Of a stretch of DNA of 64,000 nt, positions 58,783 through 64,000 are shown one piece after another. Source of the DNA: Candidatus Nanopelagicales bacterium (lineage in GTDB: Bacteria > Actinomycetota > Actinomycetes > S36-B12); the NCBI GenBank assembly GCA_030830865.1, contig JAURME010000119.1, forward strand, positions 10,532-74,531, in the 5' to 3' direction. The notes under the pieces were generated by a model that ran no database searches, was not told the DNA's origin, and saw only the letters and a program-made list of their open reading frames with translations. The position numbers and the translations under genes are program-made. How positions within the stretch are numbered: the stretch's first letter is position 1; each line of letters begins with the position of its first letter.

Positions 58783-59859
58783 TCAGTGCAGGCGCTTCTG
58801 TGCGCCTGTGGGCTCGAAGACGTACGCGCGCTCCGGGCGGACATGGACGGTACTGCCGATCCGCGGCGCGGTGAATCCCCGATCACGGGCGATGAGATCG
58901 ATCGTCGCGCCGTCGGCGCCGGTGGTCACGCCGTAGACGTACGTGTCGGCGCCCAGCTCCTCGACCACGGTCACGGTCATCTCGATGCCCTCGTCGGCCA
59001 GGTGCAGGTTCTCCGGCCGGATGCCGACCAGCACGGTGGACCCGCTGGCCTGATCGAGGATCGACCGCTCGATCGGGATCGTGTATCCGCGGAGCTCGGC
59101 ACCACCCTCGACGATGTTCCCGGTCGCGATGTTCATCGACGGTGAGCCGATGAAGGTGCCGACGAAGGCATTGTCGGGCTCGTCGTACAGCTCCCGCGGA
59201 CTCGCGCACTGCTGCAGGATGCCGTCCTTGAGGACCGCGACGCGGTCACCCATCGTCATCGCCTCGACCTGGTCGTGAGTGACGTAGACGGTCGTCGTGC
59301 CGAGCCGGCGTTGCAGCGCGGCGATCTGCGAGCGCGTCTGCACGCGCAGCTTCGCGTCGAGATTCGACAGCGGCTCGTCCATGAGGAACACCTCGGGCTC
59401 GCGTACGATCGCGCGGCCCATCGCGACGCGCTGGCGCTGGCCACCGGAAAGGGCCTTGGGCTTGCGCTCGAGGTACTCGGTGAGGTCCAGGATTGCGGCG
59501 GCCTCCTGGACGCGGCGCTTGATCTCGTCCTTGCTGACCTTCTGGATCTTCAGGGCGAAGGCCATGTTCTCGGCGACGGACATGTGGGGGTAGAGCGCGT
59601 AGTTCTGGAAGACCATGGCGATGTCGCGGTCCTTGGCTGGGACGTTCGTGACATCACGGTCGCCGATGAGGATGCGGCCCGCACTGATGGGCTCGAGGCC
59701 GGCGAGCATGCGAAGACTGGTGGACTTGCCACAGCCGGACGGGCCGACGAGGACGAGGAACTCGCCCTCCCCGATCTCCAGGTCCAGGTGGCTGACGGCG
59801 GGCGTCGTGCTGCCCGGGTACACGAGGGACACGTCCTCGTAGGTGACGCGCTGGGTCAT
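58783..59859 (-). CDS. msiK: sugar ABC transporter ATP-binding protein (MsiK/MalK/UgpC type)
   Basis: ATG at 59859 after GAAGGAG, inside track ORF 58783..59976. Walker A GPSGCGKST, LSGGQRQRV, FLMDEPLSNLD, and a C-terminal TOBE-like domain. Confidence 0.9.
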   Translation of the reverse strand: MTQRVTYEDVSLVYPGSTTPAVSHLDLEIGEGEFLVLVGPSGCGKSTSLRMLAGLEPISAGRILIGDRDVTNVPAKDRDIAMVFQNYALYPHMSVAENMAFALKIQKVSKDEIKRRVQEAAAILDLTEYLERKPKALSGGQRQRVAMGRAIVREPEVFLMDEPLSNLDAKLRVQTRSQIAALQRRLGTTTVYVTHDQVEAMTMGDRVAVLKDGILQQCASPRELYDEPDNAFVGTFIGSPSMNIATGNIVEGGAELRGYTIPIERSILDQASGSTVLVGIRPENLHLADEGIEMTVTVVEELGADTYVYGVTTGADGATIDLIARDRGFTAPRIGSTVHVRPERAYVFEPTGAQKRLH

Positions 59860-59975
59860 GACAGTTCTCCTTCTACCGGCAGGAACGTGCCGGACGATCC
59901 GAGTGGAAGGTGCGCACCCGGTCGGGTGCCGGCTCAAGTCTATGGGCCGTATGAAGGCCTGTCTCCGAGACGGCA
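59860..59975 (-). promoter_or_regulatory. structured 5' leader of msiK (candidate msiK RNA motif)
   Basis: Three hairpins/palindromes. CCGGCA-N6-TGCCGG (59876-59893) abuts the SD. GCACCC-N4-GGGTGC lies at 59914-59929. GCC-t-GTCTC-c-GAGAC-GGC lies at 59957-59974. Confidence 0.3.
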
Positions 59976-60123
59976 TGTAACGGTTTTCAGTCTCTGTGCT
60001 GCATCGCCGATATCAAATTGTGATGCGATTGTTGCGAATTTTTCGACGGTACCGGTTGCATCCGGCGTAATGACCAGTAACGATGACAGCGTTTACGTCC
60101 AAACCGGACGGGATCGACGCGAT

Positions 60124-60138
60124 CGGGGAGCGACCCCG
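60124..60138. promoter_or_regulatory. CebR-box-like imperfect palindrome upstream of the sugar-binding protein gene
   Basis: CGGGGAGCGACCCCG resembles my recollection of the Streptomyces CebR box TGGGAGCGCTCCCA (10 of 14). It lies 27 nt upstream of the SBP start. Confidence 0.25.
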
Positions 60139-60164
60139 TCGTCTTGAGCATGCAAGGAGATTCC

Positions 60165-61604
60165 ATGACCGCAATGAAGCGGCGCCGTGGGGCAGCCCTC
60201 CTCGCCGGCGGCATTGCAGCGACCATGCTGCTGGCCGCCTGTGGTGGGTCCTCCGACGAGGCAGCGAGCGACTCCGCGGGTGGCGACACCGCCGCCGAGG
60301 AGACCACCGAGACCACCGAGACGACCGAGGATGCCGGCGCCGGTGACGCCGTCGCCGCCGGTTGCGAGGCATACGCCGACATGATGGGCAACGAGGGCTC
60401 CACGGTGACCCTCTTCACGTCCATCCTCCCGCCCGAGCAGCAGCTGTTCGAGCAGGCCTGGGCGGACTTCGAGTCCTGCACGGGCATCGACATCGTGTAC
60501 GAGGGCAGCGACCAGTTCGAGGCCCAGCTCCCCACCCGCATCGCCGGTGGCAACGCTCCCGACATCGCGTTCATCCCGCAGCCGGGCCTGCTGGCCAAGC
60601 TCGTCGAGTCGGGCGGCCCCGTGGCTGCTCCAGCCTCCGTGTCGGCGAACGTCGACTCCTACTGGAATCCGGCCTGGAAGGCCTACGGCACCGTGGGCGA
60701 CACCTTCTACGCCGCTCCGCTGGGCTCGAACATGAAGTCCTTCGTGTGGTACTCCCCGAAGTACTTTGCTGAGTGGGGCATCGAGGTCCCGACCACCTGG
60801 GACGAGATGTTCGCGGCGGCTGACGCCATCGCGGCCGCGGGCGTCAAGCCCTTCTGCGGCGGCATCGAGTCCGGTGGCGCCACCGGCTGGCCGGCCACCG
60901 ACTGGCTCGAGCAGATCGTCCTGCGCACGCAGGGTGGCGAGGTCTACGACAAGTGGGTCGCCGGCGAGGTCAAGTTCGACTCCCCGGAGATCAAGGGCGC
61001 CATGGACGTCCTCCAGGGCTGGATGAAGAACCCCGACTACGCCAACGGCGGCTTCGGTGACGTCCAGACGATCGCGACCACCGCATTCCAGGATGCCGGC
61101 GGCCCGATCCTCAACGGCGAGTGCGCCATGCTCCAGCAGGCGTCCTTCTACGCCAACTTCTGGGAGAACTTCCAGCCCGGCACCACCATTGCGGAGGACG
61201 GCGACGTGTTCGCGTTCTACCTCCCCGAGGTTGATGCCGCGGTTGCTCCCAACCCGGTCGTCGGTGGTGGCGAGTTCGTGACGGCCTTCGCCGACCGTCC
61301 CGAGGTCCAGGCCGTTCAGACGTACCTGTCCTCGCCGGAGTTCGCGACCTCCAAGGCAGCCCTCGGCACCTGGGTCTCCGCGAACAGCGGTGTCCCGCTG
61401 GACACGTACGCCAACCCGATCGACCGCCTGTCGGCCGAGTTCCTCACGAACCCGGATGGCACGTTCCGGTTCGACGCGTCCGACCTCATGCCCGCCGCCG
61501 TCGGTGCCGGTGCTGAGTGGACCGAGATGACCGCTTGGTTCGCCGAGGACAAGCCGACCGATGAGGTCCTCAAGGCGATCGACGCTGCCTGGCCGGCGTC
61601 CTGA
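60165..61604 (+). CDS. ABC transporter extracellular sugar-binding lipoprotein (CebE/cellodextrin-like family 1 SBP)
   Basis: ATG at 60165 after AAGGAG. Lipobox MLLAAC, an acidic ETTETTETTE linker, and family-1 SBP length. Confidence 0.88.
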   Translation: MTAMKRRRGAALLAGGIAATMLLAACGGSSDEAASDSAGGDTAAEETTETTETTEDAGAGDAVAAGCEAYADMMGNEGSTVTLFTSILPPEQQLFEQAWADFESCTGIDIVYEGSDQFEAQLPTRIAGGNAPDIAFIPQPGLLAKLVESGGPVAAPASVSANVDSYWNPAWKAYGTVGDTFYAAPLGSNMKSFVWYSPKYFAEWGIEVPTTWDEMFAAADAIAAAGVKPFCGGIESGGATGWPATDWLEQIVLRTQGGEVYDKWVAGEVKFDSPEIKGAMDVLQGWMKNPDYANGGFGDVQTIATTAFQDAGGPILNGECAMLQQASFYANFWENFQPGTTIAEDGDVFAFYLPEVDAAVAPNPVVGGGEFVTAFADRPEVQAVQTYLSSPEFATSKAALGTWVSANSGVPLDTYANPIDRLSAEFLTNPDGTFRFDASDLMPAAVGAGAEWTEMTAWFAEDKPTDEVLKAIDAAWPAS

Positions 61605-61636
61605 CCCTCGGGTCGGATCGCCTGAATGAGTGATCG

Positions 61637-61676
61637 CCGGGGCCCGCGGGGTGTAGACACATCCTGCGGGCCCCGG
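61637..61676 (+). terminator. intercistronic stem-loop after the SBP gene (attenuator/mRNA-stabiliser type)
   Basis: CCGGGGCCCGC (61637-61647) pairs perfectly with GCGGGCCCCGG (61666-61676), with an 18-nt loop. Confidence 0.5.
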
Positions 61677-61737
61677 TGCATTCTCACCCGGTCCGGTGTC
61701 GGGTGACCTGTTCGCCGCTTCTGGAGGAGGAGCCACG

Positions 61738-62718
61738 GTGGAGGAATTGGGAGCGGGCCTGGCCAAGGTCGGCACCGGGGTGGCGGCCGTCGCCATCGTC
61801 CTCGGACTGCTGCTGCTGATCTTCTTCATCGGGGCCCGGGCCAAGGGGCGCCTGCAGAGCCCCGTCGCCATCGTGGTGTTCCTCGGGCCGGCCATCCTCC
61901 TGCTCGCGTATGGCCTGATCGTCCCGGCCTTCCGCACCACGGTCGGCAGCTTCCAGAATGCGAGCGGCCAGGACTGGGTCGGCTTCGCCAACTACACGTG
62001 GATCTTCACGGCGCCCGGCAACTCGACCTTCCTCATCAACACCATCCTCTGGCTGATCATCGCCCCGGTGCTCTCGACTGGTCTGGGCCTCACCCTGGCT
62101 CTGCTGCTGGACCGCATGCGCCGCGAGTCGGTCTCCAAGTCCCTCATCTTCATGCCGATGGCGATCTCCTTCGTGGGCGCCGGCATCATCTGGGGCCTCA
62201 TCTACGAGTACCGCGATCCCAGCAAGCCGCAGGTCGGCCTGCTCAGCCAGGTCGTCATGTGGCTCGGCGTGGAGGATCCGCCGAACTGGCTGCTGTGGCA
62301 GCCCTTCAACAACTTCCTGCTCATGGTCATCATGATCTGGATCCAGGTCGGCTTCGCCATGGTCGTGCTCTCGGCGGCGATCAAGGCCATCCCGTCTGAC
62401 GTCGTGGAGGCCGCCGAACTCGATGGCGCCACCGGATACCGACTCTTCAGCAAGGTGACCATTCCGATGATCCGCGGGACTCTGATCGTCGTCCTCACCA
62501 CCATCATGATTGCGGTGCTGAAGATCTTCGACATCGTCCGGACGATGACGAACGGCAACTTCGGCACTCAGGTCGTCGCGAACGAGATGTATGCACAGGC
62601 CTTCGTCGCCTTCGATGTCGGACGAGGCAGCGCCCTGGCCGTCGTGCTGTTCGTCGCGGTGATCCCCCTGATCGTCTACAACGTCGTGCAGCTCCGGAAG
62701 GAGAGGGCCATCCGATGA
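61738..62718 (+). CDS. carbohydrate ABC transporter permease (CebF/MalF-like)
   Basis: GTG at 61738 lies 5 nt after GGAGGAGGAG; the track start is 61696. EAA loop VVEAAELDGATGYRLFSKVTIPM. Confidence 0.88.
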   Translation: MEELGAGLAKVGTGVAAVAIVLGLLLLIFFIGARAKGRLQSPVAIVVFLGPAILLLAYGLIVPAFRTTVGSFQNASGQDWVGFANYTWIFTAPGNSTFLINTILWLIIAPVLSTGLGLTLALLLDRMRRESVSKSLIFMPMAISFVGAGIIWGLIYEYRDPSKPQVGLLSQVVMWLGVEDPPNWLLWQPFNNFLLMVIMIWIQVGFAMVVLSAAIKAIPSDVVEAAELDGATGYRLFSKVTIPMIRGTLIVVLTTIMIAVLKIFDIVRTMTNGNFGTQVVANEMYAQAFVAFDVGRGSALAVVLFVAVIPLIVYNVVQLRKERAIR

Positions 62719-63692
62719 GCGTCGAAGCCCATGAGGTCATCCCCATCCCGATGCCGCGGGAGGAGTCCATCCCGCAGGCGGCACGTCGCAAGCTGAGCAG
62801 CCCCTGGGCCTCGGGCCTGGTCATCTTCATCACGCTTCTGTGGACGATTCCCACCTTCGGCCTGCTCGTCACCTCCCTGCGCCCCAAGGACCAGGCGCAG
62901 AGCTCCGGCTGGTGGACGGCGTTCACCGATCCGGTGTTCACCCTGAGCAACTACGCCGAGGTGCTCACCGGCGGCCAGACCATCCCGGGCGGCATCACTC
63001 CGTACTTCTTCAACTCATTCGCGATCGCGCTGCCCGCGGCCATCTTCCCGCTGGTCGTCGCGACCATGGCGGCCTACGCCCTGGCGTGGATCCCGTTCCG
63101 TGGAGCGACCTTCGTGTTCTTCGGGATCTTCGCCCTCCAGGTCATCCCCCTGCAGATGTCCCTGCTGCCATTGCTGCAGATGTTCAATCTCGGGTGGAGC
63201 ATCGGGCCGATCCCGATCTTCCCCGACCTGAACCAGGCGGGATCGAACCAGTCGATCTTCTACGGCACCTATATCCCGCTGTGGATCGCGCACACGATGT
63301 TCGCGCTTCCCCTGGCGATCTTCCTGCTGCACAACTTCATCCGCCAGCTTCCTCGCGAGCTCTTTGAGGCGGCGCGCGTGGACGGAGCGAGTCACTTCCT
63401 CATCTTCCGCAAGCTGGTGCTGCCCCTCACGGTCCCGGCGATCGCGTCCTTCGCGATCTTCCAGTTCCTGTGGGTGTGGAACGACCTGCTGGTCGCCCTG
63501 ACCTTCGCCGGCGGCACGCCCGACGTCGCGCCCATCACTGCGTACCTGGCGAACATCAAGGGCACCTACGGCGCGCAGCTCCACCTCATCACGGCCGGCG
63601 CCTTCATCGCGATCGTCGTCCCCCTCATCGTCTTCTTCTCCCTGCAGCGGTTCTTCGTACGAGGATTGCTCGCCGGGTCGGTCAAGGGCTAG
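62715..63692 (+). CDS. carbohydrate ABC transporter permease (CebG/MalG-like)
   Basis: ATGA overlap with the previous gene. EAA loop LFEAARVDGASHFLIFRKLVLPL. Confidence 0.9.
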   Translation: MSVEAHEVIPIPMPREESIPQAARRKLSSPWASGLVIFITLLWTIPTFGLLVTSLRPKDQAQSSGWWTAFTDPVFTLSNYAEVLTGGQTIPGGITPYFFNSFAIALPAAIFPLVVATMAAYALAWIPFRGATFVFFGIFALQVIPLQMSLLPLLQMFNLGWSIGPIPIFPDLNQAGSNQSIFYGTYIPLWIAHTMFALPLAIFLLHNFIRQLPRELFEAARVDGASHFLIFRKLVLPLTVPAIASFAIFQFLWVWNDLLVALTFAGGTPDVAPITAYLANIKGTYGAQLHLITAGAFIAIVVPLIVFFSLQRFFVRGLLAGSVKG

Positions 63693-63701
63693 AGCCGCCG
63701 C

Positions 63702-64000
63702 GTGGAGGCATCGTCGGGACTGGAGTTCCCGCCCGGGTTCGAGCTGGGTGTCGCGACTTCCTCGTGGCAGATCGAGGGCGACGTCGCCGGACGAGGACGC
63801 TGCAACTGGGACGACTTCACCGAGATCCCCGGAGCGATCGTTGACGGTGCCACCGGCGAGCCCGCGTGCGATCACGTGCATCGACTGGAGGAGGACCTCG
63901 ACCTCCTGGAGTGGCTCGACGTAGACGCCTACCGCTTCTCGTTCTCGTGGCCGCGAGTCATGCCCGAGGGCGTGGGCGCGACATCGCCCGCCGGGCTGGA
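63702..64000 (+). CDS. GH1 beta-glucosidase, N-terminal fragment (3' end outside window)
   Basis: Absent from the track because the frame stays open to the window edge. Translation VEASSGLEFPPGFELGVATSSWQIEGD...AYRFSFSWPRVMP carries GH1 N-terminal signatures. Confidence 0.85.
   Translation, partial: MEASSGLEFPPGFELGVATSSWQIEGDVAGRGRCNWDDFTEIPGAIVDGATGEPACDHVHRLEEDLDLLEWLDVDAYRFSFSWPRVMPEGVGATSPAGL

Overview
This is a high-GC, gene-dense actinobacterial chromosome segment. About 60 protein genes and one tRNA are packed with many 1-4 nt start/stop overlaps. Most of it is two conserved housekeeping blocks whose gene order I recall from Mycobacterium and Streptomyces. Block A is ppa-dacB-(Zn protease)-tilS-hpt-ftsH-folE-folP-folB-folK-DUF3180 ... 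DUF2520-panC ... coaX ... lysS. Block B is tRNA-Gln ... glmU-prs-rplY-pth ... mfd-mazG-eno-ftsB-DUF501-ppx. Accessory loci sit between and around these blocks:
- an aldehyde-dehydrogenase/GntR/amidotransferase cluster
- glgA/glgC
- a pst phosphate transporter in the unusual order pstC-A-B-S, with PHO-box-like direct repeats
- an extra PstS-like lipoprotein
- an SQR / TusE(DsrC) / DsrE sulfur-relay trio, preceded by two tiny ORFs and a 14-bp intergenic tandem repeat
- a stand-alone NuoD-like gene
- a MarR / TetR / acyl-CoA desaturase group with palindromic operator candidates
- a CHASE-PAS-(degenerate GGDEF)-EAL signalling protein, divergent from a secreted Ig-like repeat protein
- a LacI / alpha-glucosidase / msiK / ceb-like sugar ABC / GH1 locus

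I found no transposase, integrase, CRISPR array, rRNA, recognisable defence system or biosynthetic gene cluster. I see no clear-cut new multi-gene system. The best candidates for something undescribed are the orphan NuoD-like protein, the SQR-TusE-DsrE module with its upstream micro-ORFs and repeat array, and the structured msiK leader. All calls come from reading translations and motifs by eye. No database search or numerical computation was run.
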